A model generated the notes under the pieces. The model was given only the letters and a program-made list of their open reading frames with translations, made no database searches and had not been told where the DNA came from. The position numbers and the translations under genes are program-made. A DNA stretch of 50,495 nucleotides from a virus. Lineage: Duplodnaviria; Caudoviricetes. Location of the stretch: IMG/VR virus record IMGVR_UViG_3300028840_001404, positions 1-50,495 of that record; one strand, 5' to 3'. This document shows positions 27,747 through 35,865 of this stretch, piece after piece (position 1 is the stretch's first letter; the number at the start of each line of letters is the position of its first letter).

Positions 27747-28175
27747 CTAGCATCCACTCTCTTGTTTTACAAACTGTTTACATCGTTCCCACAATCTGCC
27801 CTGCATAATCCTTCTTGCGGCTTTGGTGTGTTCTTCTGCATGCCGATGAAAAGCATTGCTTTCTATCAAATTCTGAGTGCTTTTTATCTCTTCCACGTTT
27901 CGTCGCTTTAATGCGAAGTGTAGTTCATATATACCAGCAATTATTTCATGTTTTACTCTGTCGGAAAACTCTGACGCTACTAATCCTTTATCAATCCATC
28001 GGGCGTGTGCTGCTTCATGCGCCAAAGCAATCTGAGGATACTTCACATCTTTTTTTCCCTTATATATTTTTCTTTCTTCCCAATTACAAGCAGCGGTATG
28101 ATATAACTCATGTGGACCGTCAACTATTTCCCAACCATCCGGTATTCTCACACCGTCAATAATTCTCATCTTCAT
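27747..28175 (-). CDS. HEXXH zincin-like protein
   Basis: LAHEAAH with a downstream EI.A. Confidence 0.55.
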   Translation of the reverse strand: MKMRIIDGVRIPDGWEIVDGPHELYHTAACNWEERKIYKGKKDVKYPQIALAHEAAHARWIDKGLVASEFSDRVKHEIIAGIYELHFALKRRNVEEIKSTQNLIESNAFHRHAEEHTKAARRIMQGRLWERCKQFVKQESGC

Positions 28176-28374
28176 ATTCCCGATTCCATTTGTCAAATAA
28201 TACCGCTACAGCGGGATCAAATGGCGGTATCTCTTTGTTTAGTATGTCGTCAGGCGTTTTGATGCTTCGATAAAGGTTACCTCTCTCAGTAATGTACAAC
28301 CCTGCTTTCGATGGTGGTTGTGAATTATATACTCCAAGCATCATTACCGCCTGCCACTGTTTGGGTGGGATCAT
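28156..28374 (-). CDS. Early hypothetical protein
   Basis: AAGGA SD, operon context. Confidence 0.6.
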   Translation of the reverse strand: MIPPKQWQAVMMLGVYNSQPPSKAGLYITERGNLYRSIKTPDDILNKEIPPFDPAVAVLFDKWNREYEDENY

Positions 28375-28388
28375 TGTACTTTCCTTTC

Positions 28389-28547
28389 TCAAAAGTCAAA
28401 ACCCTTGAGCGAAACCCATTTGACTTGGTATCCCAGATTTTTTAACTCCTGTTCGTACTTCCTATCACTGGGCAAATCTTTGTTGGGTGTAATGTAATTA
28501 CGTTTCCATTGGTGTTCGTCTGGTGCTTTTGTCCATAGCTGGTGCAT
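28389..28547 (-). CDS. Early hypothetical protein
   Basis: AAGGAG SD before MHQLW. Confidence 0.55.
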   Translation of the reverse strand: MHQLWTKAPDEHQWKRNYITPNKDLPSDRKYEQELKNLGYQVKWVSLKGFDF

Positions 28548-28548
28548 G

Positions 28549-28731
28549 TTAACTCCTTGTGAATCTATCAATGAAGGTCTGTTTTTCCAGGTCTCGAAGC
28601 GCTTGTTTCCACATTTTATCATAGTGTCTTGCGTTCGGCACTACTCTCAATCTTCCCATGATTGATTTGCGTTTAAGAGGACAACGTTCGACCCATTCCT
28701 CAATCTCTCGCTCTACAGTCTCGCTTGCCAT
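28549..28731 (-). CDS. Early hypothetical protein
   Basis: AGGAG SD. Confidence 0.6.
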   Translation of the reverse strand: MASETVEREIEEWVERCPLKRKSIMGRLRVVPNARHYDKMWKQALRDLEKQTFIDRFTRS

Positions 28732-28812
28732 TGCTTTCTCCTAGAATACAAATCCCACAAGAAAGAATCAGGGACTCCTTTCCCTTGCAACATCCCTATA
28801 CAGCAGGAGGAA

Positions 28813-28859
28813 GGGGCTAGGCCGGAATTGAACCGGCCTCACAAACGACCACAAGCCCC
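28813..28859 (-). ncRNA. tRNA-like minihelix (acceptor stem and T-arm, no canonical D or anticodon arm)
   Basis: GGGGCTTG-T...-GCCGG-TTCAATT-CCGGC-CTAGCCCC, intergenic. Confidence 0.6.
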
Positions 28860-28866
28860 ATAGATG

Positions 28867-29238
28867 CTACCCCATGTCGATACAGCCTACCATGCGGACT
28901 GACGACCTCTTACCGGCTCTCAGTTCGTTGACCAGCATCTCGACCGCACAGGCCAACTCATCTTCGATGTTCTGGATCCCAGCTTCACCACAAGGCAAAT
29001 CGGCATCGTTGGAAAGAAACGGTGAAGCGATAGAGTGGATGGCTTTCTTTGCTATAGCCACGCGCTCAAACGCCAGCTTGCCAGCGAATTTCTTGGCATC
29101 GAAGTTTGGACCGTCCTTCTCAGCATTGTATCGCGTCAACCACGTAGCACGCTTGACCTCACTACAGTTGGCGCACTTCGGAGCGGTTGACTGAAATACT
29201 CCATGTTCATCGCACTCATAATACTTTTGCTCTGCCAT
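28867..29238 (-). CDS. Early protein with N-terminal CxxH/CxxC zinc finger
   Basis: GGAG SD; CDEH..CANC; directly after promoter 29290-29317. Confidence 0.75.
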   Translation of the reverse strand: MAEQKYYECDEHGVFQSTAPKCANCSEVKRATWLTRYNAEKDGPNFDAKKFAGKLAFERVAIAKKAIHSIASPFLSNDADLPCGEAGIQNIEDELACAVEMLVNELRAGKRSSVRMVGCIDMG

Positions 29239-29289
29239 GTTAAGTCTCCCTAAAAATGTTTATTTGGTTGTCAATGATCCACTATCTAC

Positions 29290-29330
29290 AGTATAACATG
29301 TCTGTAAGGAAATGCAAGAAAAATCTTGCA
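29290..29330 (-). promoter_or_regulatory. Early sigma70 promoter (TTGCAT-16-TATACT, extended -10 TG) with palindrome over -35
   Basis: ttgcatttccttacagacatgttatact; TGCAAGA-AAAA-TCTTGCA at 29313-29330. Confidence 0.75.
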
Positions 29331-29333
29331 ATT

Positions 29334-29387
29334 TTACCAATTCCGAATCCAGATGTACATTGCTAGAACAACTATACTCAGTTCCAT
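29334..29387 (-). CDS. 17-aa hydrophobic peptide MELSIVVLAMYIWIRNW
   Basis: AGGAGGATGAATTATGG RBS nearly identical to those of the two upstream small ORFs. Confidence 0.45.
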   Translation of the reverse strand: MELSIVVLAMYIWIRNW

Positions 29388-29410
29388 AATTCATCCTCCT
29401 ACCCATTTGA

Positions 29411-29464
29411 GATAACAGATCATAAGGGTAAGCTCCGTAGAGCCTACCGTTGCAATCTGTTATC
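29411..29464 (-). promoter_or_regulatory. Long hairpin with C(UACG)G tetraloop, RNase III-site-like
   Basis: GATAACAGAT/ATCTGTTATC outer stem and GGTAGGCTC-TACG-GAGCTTACC inner stem. Confidence 0.6.
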
Positions 29465-29627
29465 GTTCGGCAACTGACTTGTACTTCACTTCATCGATGC
29501 CCGTACTGGCCACATGTTCCTGCATCCGTTGTATGGCGGATACCGTGTTCGGGGCCTTGCCCAACCACCCGCCATCCATGCGCCTGCCATGCTTGCGACC
29601 TGACCACCTTACCAGATAAGTTACCAT
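29460..29627 (-). CDS. Early 55-aa protein (not in ORF track)
   Basis: AGGAGGATGAGTCATGG RBS; MVTYLVRWSGRKHG... Confidence 0.65.
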   Translation of the reverse strand: MVTYLVRWSGRKHGRRMDGGWLGKAPNTVSAIQRMQEHVASTGIDEVKYKSVAER

Positions 29628-29680
29628 GACTCATCCTCCTGTATTCGGTTGTCAATGAAATGTGTTGCCTCACTACACAT

Positions 29681-29723
29681 AGTATACCACAACCCTTACC
29701 CGATTGCAAGAAAAATCTTGCAA
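29681..29723 (-). promoter_or_regulatory. Early sigma70 promoter (TTGCAA-17-TATACT) with palindrome over -35
   Basis: ttgcaatcgggtaagggttgtggtatact; TTGCAAGA-AAAA-TCTTGCAA at 29704-29723. Confidence 0.78.
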
Positions 29724-29751
29724 AAGGGTGAAAATTGTGATATTAGCCTCC

Positions 29752-29928
29752 TCAAAACTCCTCAAGCAGTGTGCGGCGGAACCCGTGGAACCCATCGGCT
29801 GCGGCAATGGCTTCGACGTCGTCACATTGTTCCTTGGTGCCCTCACTAAGTAATACTACTTCATGTAGCCGATTAGATTCGTCCTCAGGCAACCCCCATA
29901 GAACATAATGCCTCATTGCCATTTCCAT
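29752..29928 (-). CDS. Early 58-aa acidic protein (not in ORF track)
   Basis: AGGAGGACGAGTCATGG RBS; MEMAMRHYVLWGLPE...GFHGFR. Confidence 0.65.
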   Translation of the reverse strand: MEMAMRHYVLWGLPEDESNRLHEVVLLSEGTKEQCDDVEAIAAADGFHGFRRTLLEEF

Positions 29929-30036
29929 GACTCGTCCTCCTGCGTATTTGGTTGTTTCTGCCTGTCAAGTACTTTTCCACCTTTTCTCGAGGTTCGTCGT
30001 TATTTTCCAAATTCCTGCCCTTCATGGCATTTTGTG

Positions 30037-30348
30037 TTACCGGACTAAAACAGATACATATACCCAGGGCCATTCACCATCTTCGGGAATGTTAAACTCT
30101 TCGACTTGCTCCAATACCATGTCTACCTCACTGGCCCTGTCAATATCGTTCAGAAGATCAGGGTTGCCATCTACGTCCCAATCACCTTGAACCAATTGTT
30201 CTACGGCGTCTGACAATGCGTTATACTCACTATTACCAATGCCCGTAGCTACATTCTCAAATTCAGTACCACACGTGCCACATCCCTGGAAATAGTCCGA
30301 ATACATGACGCCATGAGTGATAATCTCATACTCTTTGATCGGTTTCAT
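30037..30348 (-). CDS. First early gene, strongly acidic protein
   Basis: GAGG SD; 22 D/E vs 4 K/R in 103 aa. Confidence 0.75.
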   Translation of the reverse strand: MKPIKEYEIITHGVMYSDYFQGCGTCGTEFENVATGIGNSEYNALSDAVEQLVQGDWDVDGNPDLLNDIDRASEVDMVLEQVEEFNIPEDGEWPWVYVSVLVR

Positions 30349-30406
30349 GGTCTTTCCTCACAATCTCACAATCTTCATCTATCATGGATTCGATGCTTAC
30401 AAGTAT

Positions 30407-30435
30407 AGTATAACAGGTTTTGTTCGGGAATGCAA
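30407..30435 (-). promoter_or_regulatory. Early sigma70 promoter (TTGCAT-17-TATACT)
   Basis: ttgcattcccgaacaaaacctgttatact, third copy of the same architecture. Confidence 0.75.
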
Positions 30436-30467
30436 GGAAAATCTGAGAAAATTGGAGAAAATTTGTG

Positions 30468-30774
30468 GTCCGATAAGGATGTGATAGGGGCAGAAGAGGG
30501 AATAAATTCATTCCTACCCCACATATTGGGGAAATAAGGGGGGATTTGTGAGGGTTGTACACTACCCCTAGTATGTCACCTTGCATGCGCACATGAGGCA
30601 GTTGGTCCGAAGTGCATGGCTGCACTAACGTCGGGGAGGAAGTCTCCTCGTCAACTCTGCTGGCCATCTGCCTAAGTCCGATAATACTGTGGCGGCCCTA
30701 GGTTAACATTATAGGACCTTACTTGTCATAAGAGTTATAGGACCTTGACCCAGGCTGCCCACAACGTCCTATAA
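30468..30774. repeat. Five copies of GTCC(G/T)ATAA in both orientations in a non-coding region
   Basis: 30468 (+), 30676 (+), 30709 (-), 30735 (-), 30766 (+). Confidence 0.7.
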
Positions 30775-31283
30775 CCTTGAGGGGGAGGTGGGGAGAAGAA
30801 AAGGAAGGTGGGAGAGGTACTATAACAACCTTATAAATTTATACACCATATTGGGATCGAAGTTGCCCTCTAATGCACCAATGTGGAAGGAACTAGTTGT
30901 CTACAAAGAAGTTACATCAATTCAGTGCAGAGCTACACGAACACGGCCCATTGAGTAAGGGTACAGTATATTGTGCTGATCCTGGGCCGTTGCAGTTATA
31001 TTATCAACTCTAGCAGTGTCCACAAGACACAAAGTGCAGAACAAAAAGTTGTAAGAAATTTTTACTAGTTTTTCTTACAAGGCGTATACTGGAGGAGCCC
31101 GTTAGGGCGTGTCTTGTTTTGGGAGATTGTATCGTATCCATTCTACCTTTACCTCTTCGCCCAGACCAAATAATTATCCTCCTTTCGCTGCACAAATTAC
31201 TATCCCAATCAATGCTCCTCCTCCCAAGAAAATAATGTTGGTAAGGACAGCAAACAGTACATCTCTAAAAGTAGTTTCTTCCA

Positions 31284-31505
31284 TCATTCATCTCCTTCTA
31301 CTTTATAAATACATTCAATTGTATAGGTGTTTGGTTTGAGGTTTATCCAAGGACTAGCAACAACTCGTTTTGCTAAAGACTCAGACTTGTAGACCATCAG
31401 CTTTGGTGGTGTGTATGAGCCTCCCCTAGTCCAGCATACAGACTTATCTAGATTCAATACAGCCCAAAGCTCTGTCGCTTTTTTAGAAGTATCTCTATAT
31501 CCCAT
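31284..31505 (-). CDS. Hypothetical protein
   Basis: TAATG coupling to polA. Confidence 0.65.
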   Translation of the reverse strand: MGYRDTSKKATELWAVLNLDKSVCWTRGGSYTPPKLMVYKSESLAKRVVASPWINLKPNTYTIECIYKVEGDE

Positions 31506-33355
31506 TATTTAATCTCCGAATATGTTTTACCTGATTTACAATCTACCTTAAAAGGAATAGATAGACTGACTGCATTTTCCATGCAATTTGTAATACACTT
31601 CTTTACTTCATTCAGATATTTCTCCTTACATTCACAGACATATTCATCATGCACAATCATCAGCATTCTTGCTCCCCAATTGGGGTGTTTCTTAAATTCA
31701 TCATAAATCTTTCGACCAGCAATCTTGGCCTGATCTGCTGCAAAGCCCTGAATCCAGAAATTAAAGCCCTGTCGAACACACCTGTCCTTACAGGGGTACT
31801 TACCTCCCGCATGTTGGGGAAGAACATCATAGTCTGGGAAACGTCTCCTCCGGCCCATCAGAGTACTCAAATAGCCCTTATTCTTGAGTTCTCTAGGTAT
31901 CCGGTCCATCGAGACCTTTACACCAGGATAAGCCTTAAAAAAGCCATCTACCCACCTTTGAGCCTCTTCCTTACTTACCCCCTGTCTCCAGGCAATTCCG
32001 GCTGCTGTTGATCCGTAGACGATTGGGAAGTTTGCTCCATTCTTTGCTCGATAGCGTTCAGATTTGAATTTTGAAGCTGCCTTAGAATGTGCCTCTGAAC
32101 CATCCATAAGTGTATCTTCGTCCAATCCAAGTTGGAAGATATGATTTGCCGTAAGCAAATGTAAGTCGAGATTTCGCTTGAAGGCATTGATTATCCTTTC
32201 ATCTTGACTTACTTCTCCTAAGATTCTTAATTCCTGCCCACTATAGTCTGCTCCAACAAGAATGTTGTCTGTGGTAAAGATTTCTCTATAGTTAATTTCT
32301 GGGTCCTTGACGTTTGGAAGCTGTTGAAGGTTCGGGTCATAACAGTTGGTTCTTCCAGTTTTTACAATTCCAAAACTAGGTCTGATCCTTCCATCTTCAT
32401 CAATCTGATCCCATGCTGGACTAACATAAGCTGATTGTAGTTTTTGTAATCTCTTATACTCAGCCAAGGAATCAATAAATGGGTGGCCCTTCAGCCTTTG
32501 AAGAGTAAGAGCATTGACCGTCAATTCTTTCTTTTTTGCAGTCTTCTCCTCCAGTTTAAGTCCTAGTTTTTTGCAACAGTTGACTAATTGTTGACCTGAG
32601 TTAAAATTGACTGGAAGTCTCCGGAACCCTTGACCAAATATCCCTGTCTGGATATCAGCCTTCTTATCAATCAACTCTAGCATAGAATCCTCCAAGGATT
32701 CCATCTTGTTAGCAATCTTAATCTCCAGAGCTTTTAGCTTGGTTTGATCTACTAGGATTCCATTCATTTCCATTTCTGCTGCTACGGGAATAAAATTTAG
32801 TTCGATCTGAAAGATATGCTCCAAGCCTTCTTCTTTAATCTGAGGTTGAAATATCTCCCATAGTTGATATGCCCAGATAGAGTCATTCATCGCATATTCG
32901 TAGAACTCTTCACTGTGCCTACCATAGCTCTCAGCTTCTTCCCATTGTGATATTCTCGACTGAGGCACTGCTAGAACTGTATTAGCTAGGGCCTTCAGGC
33001 TATGAGAATCACGATTCTCATCAAGCAAAAAACTAGCAATAAATGTGCAGAAGAGACTACAAGGCTCCACTGACAGGAACTTCTTACAGCATTTGAAATC
33101 ATATTTTGCATGGTGTGCAATGAAACTACCTGAAGAAAAGATATTAGACAGACAATTAAATATGGAGTTAGCATCTTCATTCTCCCAACAATCACAATAA
33201 CAAGCTCTCTCTCCATCACAGAAGCTAATGCCAACCGGCTCCATCTCAAGATAGTTTAGTCCAGTCGTCTCCCAGTCGAAACTATATACATCGGAATTTG
33301 ATTCTTCAAACCAAGCCTTAACTTCATCTGGAGTCATTAGAACTTGCTTTTTCAT
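31505..33355 (-). CDS. polA: Family A DNA polymerase with 3'-5' exonuclease, no 5'-3' exonuclease
   Basis: FDWETTGL, HHAKYD, YAMND; TGR..PNLQQ, ADYSGQELR, R..AK..NF..YG, VHDE; GGAG SD supports the MKKQ start. Confidence 0.95.
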   Translation of the reverse strand: MKKQVLMTPDEVKAWFEESNSDVYSFDWETTGLNYLEMEPVGISFCDGERACYCDCWENEDANSIFNCLSNIFSSGSFIAHHAKYDFKCCKKFLSVEPCSLFCTFIASFLLDENRDSHSLKALANTVLAVPQSRISQWEEAESYGRHSEEFYEYAMNDSIWAYQLWEIFQPQIKEEGLEHIFQIELNFIPVAAEMEMNGILVDQTKLKALEIKIANKMESLEDSMLELIDKKADIQTGIFGQGFRRLPVNFNSGQQLVNCCKKLGLKLEEKTAKKKELTVNALTLQRLKGHPFIDSLAEYKRLQKLQSAYVSPAWDQIDEDGRIRPSFGIVKTGRTNCYDPNLQQLPNVKDPEINYREIFTTDNILVGADYSGQELRILGEVSQDERIINAFKRNLDLHLLTANHIFQLGLDEDTLMDGSEAHSKAASKFKSERYRAKNGANFPIVYGSTAAGIAWRQGVSKEEAQRWVDGFFKAYPGVKVSMDRIPRELKNKGYLSTLMGRRRRFPDYDVLPQHAGGKYPCKDRCVRQGFNFWIQGFAADQAKIAGRKIYDEFKKHPNWGARMLMIVHDEYVCECKEKYLNEVKKCITNCMENAVSLSIPFKVDCKSGKTYSEIK

Positions 33356-33608
33356 TTTCATCTCCATAGAATTGGAAGTAGAAATTCTCCAGTTGTTCCA
33401 ACTCTTCCTGATGAAGTTCAATATTATTACGAAACATTTCGATAGCTTCCCACAGCAGCTTACCCTCACTCATAAGGGTCTCAGGGGTAATCTGTCTGCC
33501 CCAGTATATGGTAGATGCAATGTATGGGGTATTCTGGTCCTTAAAATAAATCTCAAATAAGGCTGGATCAAGATTAGCCGTTTGCAGTAGTTTAGCTGTT
33601 GATACCAT
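33324..33608 (-). CDS. Hypothetical protein
   Basis: GGAG SD before MVSTAK. Confidence 0.6.
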   Translation of the reverse strand: MVSTAKLLQTANLDPALFEIYFKDQNTPYIASTIYWGRQITPETLMSEGKLLWEAIEMFRNNIELHQEELEQLENFYFQFYGDENEKASSNDSR

Positions 33609-33609
33609 G

Positions 33610-33786
33610 TTAAGCTCCAATATCTTCTTCCAGTTGTTGAATAGTAGCTTCAAAAGCATCATCTACAGGATAGTATTTTTCCATTACATACAACGGTTTG
33701 CCGTAGGCACCATCAATATAATAATTGTATTCTTGTACTAGTTCACGATAACGTTCCAAGAATTCTAGCTTTTTGCTAAAGCTCAT
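33610..33786 (-). CDS. Hypothetical protein
   Basis: Operon context. Confidence 0.55.
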   Translation of the reverse strand: MSFSKKLEFLERYRELVQEYNYYIDGAYGKPLYVMEKYYPVDDAFEATIQQLEEDIGA

Positions 33787-33945
33787 CGTCAGCCCTTTCA
33801 CATTTAATTAATGCACAATCGAACGTCAATTCAAACCTGGTTCCACAACTATCACAAGTGCATATTTCCAAAAGAATGTGTTCAGTTCTTTCTGACAAAG
33901 ACACATCAAATCTTTTGCATCGGCATCTAGGACAACACGCCTCCA

Positions 33946-34296
33946 TTAGAATTTCTCTTTTATCAAGGCATCTCTAGTATCCGGTTCCAGAGTGTCATAT
34001 GAAACAAACTTGCCATCCAACATGTCTTTAATTTTACAGTCCAGTTTACCCGTTAATCGCTTTATTCCATCCCTGTCTGATTTTACTTTTTCATAAGGTT
34101 TTGGAAAATTTTCCTTAAACCATTGAATCCTCCTTGTTACAGTGCTTGGCTTAATTCTTTGATATTCAGCAATTTCTTCTATTTTAAGATAGCACTCGTA
34201 CCCGCTCCACAGTAAAATGGTATCCAGATATTTTATTAGCTTCTTAACTCTTGGATCATTTTTGTCCATCACATCTTGTAAATCTCCCCAATTCAT
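33946..34296 (-). CDS. HTH DNA-binding protein (sigma region-4-like), related to 15425-15727
   Basis: LKIEEIAEYQRIKPSTVTRRI HTH, then P..YE; ends IKEKF (cf. IVQKF). Confidence 0.65.
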   Translation of the reverse strand: MNWGDLQDVMDKNDPRVKKLIKYLDTILLWSGYECYLKIEEIAEYQRIKPSTVTRRIQWFKENFPKPYEKVKSDRDGIKRLTGKLDCKIKDMLDGKFVSYDTLEPDTRDALIKEKF

Positions 34297-34480
34297 TCTT
34301 CCATCTCCTTCAGCTCCTTCTCAGTTTTACCACTCAATCGCAGATAACACTTCTTACACTTCAATCTTTTGCCAAGTAAATCAAACCAATAGTAACAGCC
34401 TTTGCCAGTAATCTTTTTACCACACTCACTACAAATTCTTTGCATCACAATTCTCCTTAAAAAGTTGACCTTCTATAATA

Positions 34481-34506
34481 TATACGAATCTGTTGTCAAC
34501 CTGTTC
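34481..34506 (-). promoter_or_regulatory. ECF-sigma-like (middle) promoter GAAC-N16-CGTATA
   Basis: gaacaggttgacaacagattcgtata; heads the polA operon; also contains TTGACA. Confidence 0.5.
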
Positions 34507-34986
34507 GCGGAAAAATGGAAATTTTGAAAAAATTTCTGCTAGACCTGAATTATAGGACGTGCCGGGAGCCTATTTTGGCTGGGGAAGGTCCGAAAATATC
34601 TCAGCTTTGCGGGTAGGAATTGACTGTGCTTGTTAGGCAGACAGTTTAACAATAGGAGTGTTGGGGGTAGGAATGAAGGAATTCTCAGATTTTTTTAAAA
34701 AAATTTTATTCCTTTGTGTCATAAGGACTTACGTGTTGAGAGAGTGTCATTCAGAGACCTTACACGCACATTTTCACTATATAGTAATAGAAAAGAGTTA
34801 ATTAAGTTAACAAACTTGGAGCATTAAGGCCGAAGGCCCAACGGTAAACATGATTGAGCGAACAAAACAGTTGACAAGGAATGGTGAAACTTAGTTCGCT
34901 ACAAATATCCTATAGTAGTTCTAGCAGTCAGCACCAGGATATCAAACGGCTGACAATAGAGAAAAGGAAAACTGGATTCTAATCTT

Positions 34987-35217
34987 ATGAAAAAGCAATG
35001 CAGGAAGTGCAAACGATTTTTTCCACGATCAAAATTTTTTGATAGACGGGATCGGATTGGAGAAGTCTACGCTTTCTGCAAAACTTGTATGAGAAAGACT
35101 CCGTTGTATGTTTCGGTTCTGGTCAACGGAGAGTATGTGCCGGTTCTGGAAAAGACCTCCAGAGAACTAGACTATCCGGCTGAAGAAGACAGGGGTTATG
35201 GTAAGGTGAATGGTTAA
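34987..35217 (+). CDS. Small zinc-finger protein
   Basis: CRKC and CKTC; TAATG-coupled to TerS. Confidence 0.65.
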   Translation: MKKQCRKCKRFFPRSKFFDRRDRIGEVYAFCKTCMRKTPLYVSVLVNGEYVPVLEKTSRELDYPAEEDRGYGKVNG

Positions 35218-35834
35218 TGGCACGTTGGGACCAACAGGGTTATGAGGAAGCCGGAAGCCCTAGGGTTAATCCAAAGGAAAAGAAACCATTCTCCACAGAA
35301 TATTCTGCAATGGCTGAGAAGCTTGTTGCTTCTGGAGCCAATCAGAAAGACTTAGCTTTTGTTTTTGGTACTTCTCAGGATGTGATTCGGGAATGGAAGC
35401 GAGATCATCCGGAATTCAAAAACGCGGTCAAACGTGGAAAGGAGATCACATTATCCCGTTTGATTGGGGCTGGAATAAAAGCTGCCGAGGGAGCCACAGT
35501 AACCACCACGACTTACACCGGAACGGGGATAGTGGGGGAAAATGGTATGGTAGAGGAATTAATCCCCGGTACAGAGGTAGACGTAAAGAAGGAAGTCAAG
35601 GAAATTCCCCCGAACGATAAGTTGATTCAATTTCTTGCTAATACTCTTTCTCGCCAACTTGGCAAGGAAGATTGGGTTTCCAAACAATTTAGTGAAACGA
35701 AGGTTAGTGGTGAGGTTCAGCATAAGATTGATGCAAGTTCCGTTCAGAAACAGATTGAGGAACAGAGTGCTAGGTTAATTAAGCATGTTGATTCCAATGT
35801 TATTGATGCTGAGGTAATAGACAATCAGAGCTAG
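35217..35834 (+). CDS. terS: Terminase small subunit
   Basis: HTH (DLAFVFG.S...I.EWK..HPEF..AVKRGK), KEIPP; directly upstream of TerL. Confidence 0.85.
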   Translation: MARWDQQGYEEAGSPRVNPKEKKPFSTEYSAMAEKLVASGANQKDLAFVFGTSQDVIREWKRDHPEFKNAVKRGKEITLSRLIGAGIKAAEGATVTTTTYTGTGIVGENGMVEELIPGTEVDVKKEVKEIPPNDKLIQFLANTLSRQLGKEDWVSKQFSETKVSGEVQHKIDASSVQKQIEEQSARLIKHVDSNVIDAEVIDNQS

Positions 35835-35865
35835 TGAATATAAAAAGATCAGTAAAACTCCTGAA

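Noticed and set aside
30460-30800. CRISPR array or complete dif site
   Set aside because: Repeats are only 9 bp, irregularly spaced and in mixed orientation; no paired XerD arm at 6-bp spacing.
33356-33469. N-terminal extension of PolA in the ORF track
   Set aside because: It overlaps the upstream gene; the SD supports a start at 33355.
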